Shown here: positions 45,994-55,454 of the stretch, in pieces | How positions within the stretch are numbered: position 1 is the stretch's first letter | Layout: each line of letters opens with the position of its first letter | Assembly: GCA_050246755.1 (NCBI GenBank) | Contig: JBFWVL010000004.1 | Location: 32,001 to 96,000, forward strand | Length of the DNA: 64,000 bases | Origin: Bacteriovoracia bacterium | Lineage (GTDB): Bacteria; Bdellovibrionota; UBA1018; CAIPTA01 | Direction: 5' to 3' | The notes under the pieces: generated by a model | Told to the model about the DNA's origin: nothing | Database searches by the model: none | The model's input: only the letters and a program-made list of their open reading frames with translations | Position numbers and translations under genes: made by a program

Positions 45994-47359
45994 TGGTGAC
46001 CTCCATTTTTCTGGCTCTATTACCGGTGAGAAGATGGATTTCTAATTTTTTAGAACCGAATTGGAGCTCGTTCGCCGGAACGCGCACAAAGAAATCTGCC
46101 CGGATCGTTCCGCCATCGGGAAGGATAATTGGGTTCAGGGGCGCGATTAGTTCGGCGCCACCCGCGTCTTTCCCCAGAAAAATGGTGATCTTTTCCGGAC
46201 CGCCGGTTTGGTTCGAGGCTTCTAAGCGAAAGTGATTGGTCGCCAGGATTCGTGAATCCACGGTTAGAATCTGATAGGGCTCCCCGCCGGCGCGGAAGAT
46301 ATTCAGATCGAGAAATTCTTTCTGGGTTATCGCCGCGGTAAGGCCGGCCAGCACGAGGAAAAGGAGCAGCGCAAAGGCCGCCACTCTTGGGCTGAAAATT
46401 TTTTTCGGCAATCCCGCCAACTCGGCCTGACTAGTATACCGGATTAGGCCGGCTGGCTTTTTTATTTTTTCCATCACCGCATCGCAGGCGTCGATGCAGG
46501 CCGTGCAGGCAATACATTCCATCTGGAGACCGCGGCGGATGTCGATGCCGGTAGGGCATACCTGCACGCAGCGGTTGCAGCTTACGCAATCGCCTTGGCC
46601 CAGCTCGCTAGTGCCGCGCCGGGGCTCTCCCCGTTTGGCATCATAGGCGACTACCATGGATTGCGGATCCAACATCACGCTCTGAAATCTTCCGTAGGGG
46701 CAGGCGATCACGCAAAATTGCTCGCGGAACCAGCCGAAATCGAAGAGCACGATCGCCGTGGTACCGAGGATCAGGAGAAAACTCGCCCAGTTTTGGAAGG
46801 GGGAAGCGGAAAGCATCTGGATAAGCTCCCGGCTCCCCACGAAATAGGCTAGGAAGCTGTGAGTAAATGCTAAGGACACAAATAAAAACGCTAGCCATTT
46901 GGCAGTTTTTTTTAGGACTTTCTCCGCCGTTAAGGGGGAATCATCCAGCTCCTTGCGGGCGCGGGGAGGGCCTTCAATCCATCGTTCGATTTTTCGGAAA
47001 AGCAGGTCGGTAAACACGGTTTGCGGGCAGGCCCATCCGCACCATAGCCGGCCCCATATTGCCGTGATCAGCCCAATAAGGAAAACAAAAGCGAGAATGA
47101 AAAAAAGCAGGAGCGGAGCGTCGTGTGCTCGGAAGTGAAGCCCAAAGAAATAAAACTCTCTCGCGGCCACGTTAAGAAAAATGAGTTGCCGCCCTCCCAC
47201 GTAAACCCACGGAAGAGCGAGGAATAGAAAAATTAAGCTAAGGTGAACCCAAGCCCGGCGACTACGGTATTTGCCATGATAGTCGGCGGGATAGAGATAA
47301 ACTCTCTTGCCGTTCTCATCCGTGGTACTTAAGCGGTCTTTGGGTAAAGTATCGTTCAC
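45974..47359 (-). CDS. ccoG: cbb3 oxidase accessory protein CcoG/FixG
   Basis: GRLWCGWACPQTVF, REQFCVIACPYGR, CVSCNRCVQVCPTGIDIR, CIACTACIDAC. Confidence 0.95.
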   Translation of the reverse strand: MNDTLPKDRLSTTDENGKRVYLYPADYHGKYRSRRAWVHLSLIFLFLALPWVYVGGRQLIFLNVAAREFYFFGLHFRAHDAPLLLFFILAFVFLIGLITAIWGRLWCGWACPQTVFTDLLFRKIERWIEGPPRARKELDDSPLTAEKVLKKTAKWLAFLFVSLAFTHSFLAYFVGSRELIQMLSASPFQNWASFLLILGTTAIVLFDFGWFREQFCVIACPYGRFQSVMLDPQSMVVAYDAKRGEPRRGTSELGQGDCVSCNRCVQVCPTGIDIRRGLQMECIACTACIDACDAVMEKIKKPAGLIRYTSQAELAGLPKKIFSPRVAAFALLLFLVLAGLTAAITQKEFLDLNIFRAGGEPYQILTVDSRILATNHFRLEASNQTGGPEKITIFLGKDAGGAELIAPLNPIILPDGGTIRADFFVRVPANELQFGSKKLEIHLLTGNRARKMEVTIVGPGI

Positions 47360-47928
47360 GGTGAACTGAACTCCTGGCCCTGGGGCGCCTTAGGATTTGC
47401 GGGATTAGTTCCTTTCAGGCCTTTCACGTAGGCGACCACCGTGAGAATTTCTTCCCGTTTCAGCATGGTTTTCCAGGGAGGCATGCCTTTTTCCGGTACT
47501 CCTTCGGAAACAACTTTCAGAATGCCGGAAAGTGAGCCGTCTCCGTGAATCCAGTAGCTATCGGTAAGATTGGGGCCGATTTGGCCTTCCCCCAAGGCCC
47601 CGTGGCAGACGAGGCATTTATCTTTGAATACTATTCCTCCCCCGGCGCGTTTTCCGGCGTCGTTAAAGACGGCTAGCAGTTCAGCCTCCGATGGGGATGC
47701 TTCCTTTTGGCTGTTTTTTTGCTGAAATGCGATCTCGGACATTTCCGCCTTGAGGAGCTGTTCCGAGGTGAGGCCGGGGCCGAACTCATAGTAACCTACG
47801 TAAAAGATGGAAAATAGAATCGCCCCATAAAAAGTAGCGAGCCACCAGTTAGGAAGCAAGTTATCGAACTCCTGGATTCCGTCGTAGTTGTGATCGAGAA
47901 GCTTAGCGTCTTTTTGATTATCGCTCAT
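47356..47928 (-). CDS. ccoP: cbb3 oxidase subunit III, mono-heme type
   Basis: DHNYDGIQEFDNLLPNWW; single CLVCH; GPNLTD; ATG at 47928. Confidence 0.9.
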   Translation of the reverse strand: MSDNQKDAKLLDHNYDGIQEFDNLLPNWWLATFYGAILFSIFYVGYYEFGPGLTSEQLLKAEMSEIAFQQKNSQKEASPSEAELLAVFNDAGKRAGGGIVFKDKCLVCHGALGEGQIGPNLTDSYWIHGDGSLSGILKVVSEGVPEKGMPPWKTMLKREEILTVVAYVKGLKGTNPANPKAPQGQEFSSP

Positions 47929-48103
47929 AGGTGTCTCCATTTTTTTCGAGGGGAATGCGGGCCAGCTGCTCGTAGAATGCGGCGCTGTTCCTGCGGAATA
48001 CCCAGAAGATGGCCGCAATGAACACCGCGAAGAAGATGAGCTCCCCGCAAACTACGAGATTCATGTAGGGATAATTGCGCAGAAACTCGCGAACTAGGTT
48101 CAT
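47918..48103 (-). CDS. ccoQ: cbb3 oxidase subunit CcoQ
   Basis: LIFFAVFIAAIFWVF...YEQLARIPLE between ccoNO and ccoP. Confidence 0.8.
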   Translation of the reverse strand: MNLVREFLRNYPYMNLVVCGELIFFAVFIAAIFWVFRRNSAAFYEQLARIPLEKNGDTYER

Positions 48104-50244
48104 TTGTCCTCCATCAGCATGCGGTATTGAGTGCGGCCCGTTTGGCCCAGGGATTGTAGGTAAGCGATTATGGCTACGATTTCTTTTTTCTCCAGGCCCT
48201 TGGCGGCACCCTGAGATTCCAGCTCGTCGGCAATCACCTTCGCTTGATTACCGGCATCGATGGCGGCGTTCTCAATTTCATATTCCGAATAGGGCACGCC
48301 GATCTGCTGCATCACCCTAAGCTTGCGCGGGAGTGAATCGATATCGAGGCGGTCCCTGCCGAGCCATGGATACGAGGGCATGATGGATTTCGGAGTAACG
48401 GCGCGGGGATCGATCATGTGGCGGTAGTGCCAGAGGTTGGGATATTTTTTCCCCACCCTGGCGATGTCAGGTCCGGTTCGCTTGGAGCCCCACTGAAAAG
48501 GATGATCGTAGGCAGACTCTTCCATCTTGGAAGCCGCTCCGTATCGCAGCACATCGCTCGCCATCGTGCGGATTTGCTGGGAATGGCAGAGGTAGCAGCC
48601 TTCCCGGATATAGATATCGCGCCCGGCGAGCTCGAGCGGCGTATAGGGCCGGATCATCGAGGGTACGTTCACGTTCGCGGGAGTGAGAAGAGCCGGGATA
48701 ATCGAAAAGGCACTAGCCACGAGAACCGCCAGTACTACGAGCACGGTGAATACGGCGGGGAGGCCCTCGAGTCCCCGGTGGAGGGATTCTTCGATCATCT
48801 TTACATCGGGCACTCGGTTGCCGGAGGGCACCGCTTCGCCGGGGCTACGCTGGGGGGCCGCCGCGATGGTGCGCCATATATTATAGATTTGGATAGTAAA
48901 GCCGGCGAGGAAAAGGAGCCCACCGATGAGCCGTATATAGTAGAGGGGCGCAAGTCGGATCACGGTCTCCACGAAGTCGGGATAAAGAAGGTTTCCTGAT
49001 CCGCCTACGGCACGCCACATGAGGCCTTGAGTGATGCCGGCCGTCCACATCGATAGGATATAGAGCAGGATTCCCAGGGTACCCACCCAGAAATGGGCGT
49101 TGGCGAGCTTTACGGAATACAGTTTCGTGTTCCAGAGGCGGGGTACGAGGTAGTAGAGCATTCCGAACGTGAGAAAACCGTTCCATCCCAGGGCGCCAGC
49201 GTGAACGTGGGCGATGATCCAGTCGGTATAGTGCGCCAGTGAGTTCACGCTCTTGATGGAAAGGAGTGGGCCCTCGAACGTGGCCATTCCGTAAAAAGTG
49301 ATGGCGGCGAGGAAGAATTTCACCACGGGATCGGTGCGCACCTTATCCCAGGCGCCCCGGATGGTAAGCAGGCCATTGATCATGCCGCCCCAACTGGGTG
49401 CCCAGAGCATAAGCGAAAATACCATGCCGAGTGTTTGCGCCCAATCGGGCAAGGCCGTGTTGAGCAAATGGTGGGGACCCGCCCAAATATAAATAAAAAC
49501 AAGAGACCAGAAGTGAATGATGGAAAGGCGGTAAGAGTAGACGGGACGTTCCACTGATTTAGGCACGTAGTAGTACATCAGCCCGAGGAAGGGCGTGGTG
49601 AGAAAGAAGGCGACGGCATTATGGCCATACCACCACTGCACCAGCGCGTCCTGCACTCCCGCGTATACCGGATAGCTCTTCAGAAATGAGACCGGTACCT
49701 CGATTGAATTCACGATGTGAAGGACGGCGACGGTAATGATGGTGGCGATATAAAACCAGATCGCCACGTAGATGTGCTGCTCACGTCGGTTCTTCACGGT
49801 GAGGAAAAAATTTACGGCGAATACTACCCATACCAAAGTGATGGCAATATCGATGGGCCATTCCAGCTCGGCGTATTCTTTCCCGGCGGTGAACCCGAAA
49901 GGGAGCGTAAGGGCGGCCGAAACGATGATTAGCTGCCATCCCCAAAAATGAATGGCACTGAGCAGGTCCGAGGCGAGTCTCGCTTTCAGGAGGCGTTGAG
50001 TGGAATGGTAGATGCCGGCGAAGATGGCATTTCCCGCGAAGGCAAAGATGGCGGCGTTGGTATGAAGAGGGCGTAGCCGGCCAAAGCTTAGCCATGGTAA
50101 ATTGAAGTTAAAGCGCCAATCGGCGATCTGGGTTGCGATCAGCGCACCCACGAGAAATGCGATGAACCCCCAGGCAATGGTTGCAATCACAAATTTTTTG
50201 ACGATCTCGTCGTCGTACCTCATTACCTGCATTTCACTGTTCAT
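48100..50244 (-). CDS. ccoN: Fused cbb3 cytochrome c oxidase subunits I/II (CcoN-CcoO)
   Basis: RLRPLHTN, WWYGHNAV, WAGPHHL, HVH, then YIREGCYLCHSQ and WGSKRTGPD in one ORF. Confidence 0.97.
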   Translation of the reverse strand: MNSEMQVMRYDDEIVKKFVIATIAWGFIAFLVGALIATQIADWRFNFNLPWLSFGRLRPLHTNAAIFAFAGNAIFAGIYHSTQRLLKARLASDLLSAIHFWGWQLIIVSAALTLPFGFTAGKEYAELEWPIDIAITLVWVVFAVNFFLTVKNRREQHIYVAIWFYIATIITVAVLHIVNSIEVPVSFLKSYPVYAGVQDALVQWWYGHNAVAFFLTTPFLGLMYYYVPKSVERPVYSYRLSIIHFWSLVFIYIWAGPHHLLNTALPDWAQTLGMVFSLMLWAPSWGGMINGLLTIRGAWDKVRTDPVVKFFLAAITFYGMATFEGPLLSIKSVNSLAHYTDWIIAHVHAGALGWNGFLTFGMLYYLVPRLWNTKLYSVKLANAHFWVGTLGILLYILSMWTAGITQGLMWRAVGGSGNLLYPDFVETVIRLAPLYYIRLIGGLLFLAGFTIQIYNIWRTIAAAPQRSPGEAVPSGNRVPDVKMIEESLHRGLEGLPAVFTVLVVLAVLVASAFSIIPALLTPANVNVPSMIRPYTPLELAGRDIYIREGCYLCHSQQIRTMASDVLRYGAASKMEESAYDHPFQWGSKRTGPDIARVGKKYPNLWHYRHMIDPRAVTPKSIMPSYPWLGRDRLDIDSLPRKLRVMQQIGVPYSEYEIENAAIDAGNQAKVIADELESQGAAKGLEKKEIVAIIAYLQSLGQTGRTQYRMLMEDK

Positions 50245-50396
50245 CGTTGTTCCTTTTCTGTTTCATCTAGTAGTGCCCGGAGGGCAGGAGTTTCGAGATC
50301 GTCAAATTGGCCGGAACGCGCCGCAAGCAAGAAGCCCGCGAGGGCTCCGAGGCCGAGGAGCAAAGCCAGCGGCATGAGCACGAATAGGATGGTCAC
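50241..50396 (-). CDS. ccoS: cbb3 maturation protein CcoS
   Basis: ILFVLMPLALLLG...AARSGQFDDLETPALRAL; GTG start overlaps the ccoI stop. Confidence 0.9.
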   Translation of the reverse strand: MTILFVLMPLALLLGLGALAGFLLAARSGQFDDLETPALRALLDETEKEQR

Positions 50397-52693
50397 GGGG
50401 AGCCCTCCTTCATGCGCCACTGGGTTAGGAAAAACACCGAGAAGGCGCTGAGCGGCATCAGAACCGCCGCCCATAGTGGCTGCATCAGGCCCATCACGGC
50501 CAATATGCCCGCCAGTAAGTTATAGGAGAATGTTACCGCGAAGTTGAGGCGGATTACTCGCATCGCCTTCTCGGATAAATTGCGCGCGTCGAGGAGGCTT
50601 TCTAAACCGGGGCGAGTTAAAACGACGTCGCAATTGCGAATACCGAGATCAATGGATCCTTGCACGGCGATTCCAACGCCCGCCGTCTGGAAGGCGATCG
50701 CATCGTTAGCTCCGTCTCCGACCATTGCGGAATCTTTCGCCGCGCCCACGAGCCTCGCTTTATCTTCTGGCTTTAAATCTCCGTGCCAGTCGGAAACCCC
50801 GACGCTCGCCGCCACTTTAGAAACGTTTTCGGCATGATCGCCGGAGAGAATCGCGGCGGTAATTCCTTTTTTTGCCAACGAGGAAATTACCATCTGCGAT
50901 CCGGCCCGCACGGAATCACCTAGGATAACTTCCGCCTCCAGGCGGCCGTTCGCCAGAATTTCCACTATGTTTTGCCCGGGGGCGGTGCGTGCGGATTTTC
51001 CTATCCGCCAGCTATTTCCTTCAAACTCCCCCGATACTCCGTACCCAGGAAGTTCCTGCGCCTCTGCCGGCGATCTTCCGATACCTTCCGCTGCACAAAA
51101 ACGCGTGATGGCTTTGCCAACGGGATGGAGTGACGCCCCCTCTAACGCTAGGGCGGCACGTTTGGTAGCGTGGCCGAATCGGCCCACCTGACGCCATTCG
51201 CGCACCTCGAAATTTCCGGTGGTGATGGTTCCGGTTTTATCAAAAAAAATGTTCTTCACCTTCGCGAGCTCTTCGAGCTTGCCGGGGGTTACGAATAAAA
51301 TGCCGTTACGGGCGGCAATCTGCATGGCGCGCGTAAAGGCCAGCGGGACGGCGAAGGCCAGCACGCAGGGGCAGGTCACTATTACGAGCGCCAAAGCGCG
51401 GCGCACGCCCTCTTCTCCAGGAAATACTAGGAGGAGCAATGCACTACCCAGCAAGGAGGCCGCGACGAAATATTTTCCCAGGCGGTCAGCAAAATCCAGC
51501 GAGGGAGATCTTTCCATTTGGTAAGACCTGATTTTTTCCAGAATCAGGGCCAAACGGCTTTCAGATGCTTTGCGGTCGGCGCGAAGGCGGGAGCTGGATT
51601 CACGCAGTACGGCGCCCGCCTCTATCCGGTCGCCCGCCCGGAAGGTAAGCGGAAGGCTTTCTCCGGTTAGCAGAGATAAGTCGAAATGAGATTTTGGGTC
51701 GAGAAGGACGGCGTCTACGGGCAATGCTTGGTCCGTCATCAGGATAAATTCGTCGCCGATATCGATGTCGGGAGCTTTTATTGGGCCTGGTCTAGGCGAA
51801 ACGCGTAAGTATTTTTCACCCGCGAGGAAGGTTAGGAAGTTGCTGTCCTTTGCCAGGCTCTCCCGAAATTTCATTAGAAGGTAGCGGCTGCTTAAAAGCA
51901 GAAATACCAGCATCGAGAGGGAGTCGAAGTATACTTGCCCGGGAATTTCCCTGACTATTCCCCACACGCTCATGACGGAACCTGCCGCCAAGGCGGAAGC
52001 GATGGCCAAATCTACGGAAATTCGTCCTTTAGCTAGCGGGAGAAAAGATGCTTTATAAATTGGCCAGGCCGAATAGGTAAGGACGGGAAGGGCTAGCACG
52101 AAACTAAGCCATCCGAAGCGTCGGCTCCAAAACGGATCGGTTCCGGCGTACACGGCCACGCTCAGCAGCATTATATTGCCTGAGCAAAAGGCCGCCACGC
52201 CGATCCGCGCCAGCTGGCGCTGTGCATCTCTGCGCCGAATCGGAGCGAGTCCGTCCGCGCGGATAGGTTTAGCGGAATATCCAAGCTGCCGGATCAATCG
52301 AGAAACGTCTGGCCAGGAAATTTGATCGCCAATTTCCACCTCCAGGAGCTGGTGGGCAAAGTCGAGGCTGGAGGAAAGAATGCGTGGGTCGATTTCCGGG
52401 AGCTTTTCTAGGAGCCATAAGCACCCGAGACAATGAATTCCTTCGAGATAAAATTTTTCTTTTTTTTCTGAGCTCTCTTCAAGGAGATGCTCTTGAGGCG
52501 AGAGCGAACCCGCAGAAATCGGAGCTGGTTTCTTGAAGGAATACCGATCTCGTAGCGTGTAAAAGTGTTCTAGGCCTCTTTCCACCAAAAGGGAGTGAAC
52601 GCTTTCGCAGCCCGCGCAGCAAAAAAGCACGTCGCCGGCCACGGCAAGGCCGCAGTGCTGGCAGCAGCGTTCTGTCTTCAGGTTTACATGCAT
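50393..52693 (-). CDS. ccoI: Cu-transporting P1B ATPase CcoI/FixI
   Basis: CQHCG...FCCAGC, IHCLGC, TGES, CPC, DKTGT, HP, GDGAND. Confidence 0.93.
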   Translation of the reverse strand: MHVNLKTERCCQHCGLAVAGDVLFCCAGCESVHSLLVERGLEHFYTLRDRYSFKKPAPISAGSLSPQEHLLEESSEKKEKFYLEGIHCLGCLWLLEKLPEIDPRILSSSLDFAHQLLEVEIGDQISWPDVSRLIRQLGYSAKPIRADGLAPIRRRDAQRQLARIGVAAFCSGNIMLLSVAVYAGTDPFWSRRFGWLSFVLALPVLTYSAWPIYKASFLPLAKGRISVDLAIASALAAGSVMSVWGIVREIPGQVYFDSLSMLVFLLLSSRYLLMKFRESLAKDSNFLTFLAGEKYLRVSPRPGPIKAPDIDIGDEFILMTDQALPVDAVLLDPKSHFDLSLLTGESLPLTFRAGDRIEAGAVLRESSSRLRADRKASESRLALILEKIRSYQMERSPSLDFADRLGKYFVAASLLGSALLLLVFPGEEGVRRALALVIVTCPCVLAFAVPLAFTRAMQIAARNGILFVTPGKLEELAKVKNIFFDKTGTITTGNFEVREWRQVGRFGHATKRAALALEGASLHPVGKAITRFCAAEGIGRSPAEAQELPGYGVSGEFEGNSWRIGKSARTAPGQNIVEILANGRLEAEVILGDSVRAGSQMVISSLAKKGITAAILSGDHAENVSKVAASVGVSDWHGDLKPEDKARLVGAAKDSAMVGDGANDAIAFQTAGVGIAVQGSIDLGIRNCDVVLTRPGLESLLDARNLSEKAMRVIRLNFAVTFSYNLLAGILAVMGLMQPLWAAVLMPLSAFSVFFLTQWRMKEGSP

Positions 52694-52705
52694 TTATCTG
52701 GGCAT

Positions 52706-52721
52706 TGCAGAACCCGTGCCC
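52706..52721 (-). promoter_or_regulatory. sigma54 promoter of the cco operon
   Basis: Minus strand GGGCACGGGTTCTGCA (GG-N10-GC). Confidence 0.6.
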
Positions 52722-52785
52722 AAAACTTCGCCCGTAATTCTGATATTTTTTGAGGGCAGGAGACAGACTGGCTCAAAGTAGGAAA

Positions 52786-52810
52786 TGCATGAGACAAACC
52801 GTCTCATGCA
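52786..52810. promoter_or_regulatory. Palindromic activator site TGAGAC-N5-GTCTCA
   Basis: Perfect 10-bp inverted repeat TGCATGAGAC-aaacc-GTCTCATGCA between divergent sigma54 promoters; weaker copy at 52759-52775. Confidence 0.7.
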
Positions 52811-52844
52811 TCTGGGCGTCTCGTTCTCGAGGCGGTCTAGGCCC

Positions 52845-52860
52845 TGGTCCCGTTTTTGCG
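52845..52860 (+). promoter_or_regulatory. sigma54 promoter of the CBS gene
   Basis: TGGTCCCGTTTTTGCG upstream of an AGGAG RBS and ATG 52884. Confidence 0.6.
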
Positions 52861-52883
52861 TTGCTTATCGCCAAGGAGACACC

Positions 52884-53372
52884 ATGAATAACCCAACCCT
52901 AAAAGATACTATGTCGAAGTCCGTGATATCGGTGCGTTGGAACCATTCCATGCAGCTGGCGGCGGAATTGATGGCGCGTAAAAGAATCCGGCATCTGCCC
53001 GTAATCGGCGACGACGGCGCGGTAGTGGGAATTCTTTCGGATCGAGACGTAAAGCGAGCCTTAGACCCGATTTACTCTGCGTATAGCCCGCGTAGCCAGG
53101 TGAGTGACTATATGAATTGGCCCGTGCTCACCAAATCCGATGGTGCACCGCTATTAGAGGTAGTGGACTTGATGATAAAAGAAAAAATTTCTTCCGTTAT
53201 CATCACGAAATCTGGAGCCATGCTGGGAATTATTACCAGCGAAGATTTGCTGGTATTACTCCGGGATTTACTTACCCAGGAAAATAGAAATCCCGCGCTG
53301 CTTCTTACCGACCTTACGACTTCCCCGTTTTTTGTCGAAGCCGTTCGCGAAGCGAATGCCGCCGGAATTTAA
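52884..53372 (+). CDS. CBS-pair protein
   Basis: IRHLPVIGDDGAVVGILSDRD; second CBS VSDYM...GIITSED. Confidence 0.9.
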   Translation: MNNPTLKDTMSKSVISVRWNHSMQLAAELMARKRIRHLPVIGDDGAVVGILSDRDVKRALDPIYSAYSPRSQVSDYMNWPVLTKSDGAPLLEVVDLMIKEKISSVIITKSGAMLGIITSEDLLVLLRDLLTQENRNPALLLTDLTTSPFFVEAVREANAAGI

Positions 53373-53430
53373 TTTGGCATGGGAATTGAAGAGTGATGAG
53401 TAAGCACTTTTACAAAAAATGGAGGAAATG

Positions 53431-53667
53431 ATGCCAAGCAAGACAGCCATCGTACCAAACCGAGCGAACGCAGTGCCTTTGAAATTTAATCAAAAGAAAA
53501 TGGTGAGGGCGGAGACCGGCCCGTCTTTCTACGAGGTGGAGTTCCTGCGTCAGATGAAAGAAGAGCTGGAAATTTTTTTGCGTTCTAAAAATTTTAGCAC
53601 CATCAAAGAATTTGAAATCGCGTTTAGCGGCGATGCGTACGAAGGCTTGATGCAGGTGCATGTGTAA
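53431..53667 (+). CDS. Small hypothetical protein
   Basis: GGAGG RBS; sigma54-like TGGCATGGGAATTGAA at 53375-53390. Confidence 0.5.
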   Translation: MPSKTAIVPNRANAVPLKFNQKKMVRAETGPSFYEVEFLRQMKEELEIFLRSKNFSTIKEFEIAFSGDAYEGLMQVHV

Positions 53668-53675
53668 GGAAGACA

Positions 53676-55049
53676 ATGCCAGTTTCCCTCCAATTTTTGG
53701 GCGCGGCGGGTACCGTAACCGGATCCCGGCATCTTATCGAATTCGATGGCCGGCGCATTCTGGTGGATTGCGGGCTATTCCAAGGCCTGAAAGAGCTCCG
53801 GCTTCAGAACCACGCCCCTTTTCCCGTAGATCCTTCTTCCATCGAAGCGGTCATTCTAACCCACGCGCATTTAGATCATAGTGGTTATTTGCCCGTACTG
53901 GTGAAGAACGGATTTCGCGGAAAAATCTATTGCACGGCGCCTACCCACGAGCTCGCCCGAATTTTATTGCTGGACGCCGCTAGCATTGAGGAAGAAGACG
54001 CAGAATATGCGAATGAAAAAGGTTATTCTAAGCATAGCCCGGCCTTACCTTTATTTAATGTGGCTGATGTGCACCGGGCATTAAAGGCGCTGGAAGCGTT
54101 GCCCCTTGAACAGTGGCACCAGCAAATCCCCGGGCTTGAATTCCGATTTAAGAACAGCGGGCATATCGTTGGTTCGGCCTTTGTGGAAATTGAAGTAAGC
54201 GGGAAGAGAATAGTGTTCTCCGGGGATCTCGGCAGGCGGGAGCCGATACTTTTATTGCCCAGGGAGCTTATCGGGAAAGCCGATTTTTTGATTTTAGAAT
54301 CTACTTACGGCGACCGGCTTCATTCCAGGGAACCGGTGCTGGATGCTCTGGCGAAAATTGTTTTGGCTACGATAGCCAAGAAAGGCCAGTTGCTGATCCC
54401 AAGTTTCGCCGTGGGCCGCGCGCAGGACCTGCTTCAGCTGCTTGCCATCTTGAAGAACGAAAGCCGGATCCCTAATATTCCGGTCTATTTGGACAGCCCG
54501 ATGGCTGATTCTGCCACGGACGTGTATCAGCGCCATCATGACTGGCGGATGAGAAAGCTGGGGGAGGATGGCAAGCTCGATTTTACGAACGTCGCCACCA
54601 CGGTGCAAAGCCGGCAGCAATCGAAGGATCTGCTTAGCACAAGACAAAGCTCCATCGTGATAGCCGGCAGCGGGATGGTTACGGGCGGCAGAATTCTGCA
54701 CCATCTTGCCGGCCGCGTCTGGGATCCTAAAAATACCGTGCTGCTCGTGGGGTTTCAGGCGGAGGGGACTAGGGGCCGCCAGCTGAGGGAAGGGGCGCCC
54801 GAGATCAAAATGCACGGCCAGTATTTTCGCGTGGGCGCGGAGATTCGTGAGCTCACCGGCCTTTCGGCGCACGCGGACCAGGGAGAAATTCTCGATTGGC
54901 TAAAGGGATTTACCAGGAAGCCGGCGACCACGTTTATCGTGCACGGTGAACCCCAGCCCGCCGATTTTCTCCGGATAAAAGTCCGGGATGAATTTGGGGG
55001 AAAGGTGATTGTGCCCAAGCAGCTGGAAAAATTCATTCTCGTAGAATAA
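53676..55049 (+). CDS. MBL-fold beta-CASP ribonuclease (YSH1/TTHA0252-like)
   Basis: GAAGTVTGS, THAHLDHSG, GHIVGS, SGDLG, ESTYG, PSFAVGRAQ, SAHAD, VHGE. Confidence 0.92.
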   Translation: MPVSLQFLGAAGTVTGSRHLIEFDGRRILVDCGLFQGLKELRLQNHAPFPVDPSSIEAVILTHAHLDHSGYLPVLVKNGFRGKIYCTAPTHELARILLLDAASIEEEDAEYANEKGYSKHSPALPLFNVADVHRALKALEALPLEQWHQQIPGLEFRFKNSGHIVGSAFVEIEVSGKRIVFSGDLGRREPILLLPRELIGKADFLILESTYGDRLHSREPVLDALAKIVLATIAKKGQLLIPSFAVGRAQDLLQLLAILKNESRIPNIPVYLDSPMADSATDVYQRHHDWRMRKLGEDGKLDFTNVATTVQSRQQSKDLLSTRQSSIVIAGSGMVTGGRILHHLAGRVWDPKNTVLLVGFQAEGTRGRQLREGAPEIKMHGQYFRVGAEIRELTGLSAHADQGEILDWLKGFTRKPATTFIVHGEPQPADFLRIKVRDEFGGKVIVPKQLEKFILVE

Positions 55050-55060
55050 CTGGAGGTTTC

Positions 55061-55450
55061 ATGAAGATTGCGGCATTTTTATTTCTATTGGTCCTGGCTG
55101 AGCTCACTTCTTTTGCGGGCGAAGAGAGTGCTAAGCCTTGGAGTGACCTGATCGAAAGCGATTTAGGAAAATTTTCCGTATCCGTGCGGCCGGCGCAAAA
55201 GAAAATTGAGGTGAAAAAAGTAGCCGGCACCGAAAAATCTCCGCCTCACCTACGGGTGAAAATTCTACGGGGTCAGGATCGGCCCCTGGAGCTGAGGCTG
55301 AAGACGATCGAGAGAGCGGATGCTCCCCTCTACTATACGGGAAAAACAAAGATGTGGAATGAGTCTTATATGGGGGTAGAAGTTGAATTTAGCTTTGACA
55401 AGAAAACCTGGCGTAAGCTTGGCAGCGTATTCCGGAAAGTGATTCCCTAA
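55061..55450 (+). CDS. Secreted hypothetical protein
   Basis: GGAGG RBS, signal peptide ending SFA. Confidence 0.65.
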   Translation: MKIAAFLFLLVLAELTSFAGEESAKPWSDLIESDLGKFSVSVRPAQKKIEVKKVAGTEKSPPHLRVKILRGQDRPLELRLKTIERADAPLYYTGKTKMWNESYMGVEVEFSFDKKTWRKLGSVFRKVIP

Positions 55451-55454
55451 ACTT

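Noticed and set aside
52694-52883. FNR/FixK box upstream of the cco operon
   Set aside because: No TTGAT-N4-ATCAA match was found by eye; the palindrome present is TGAGAC-N5-GTCTCA.
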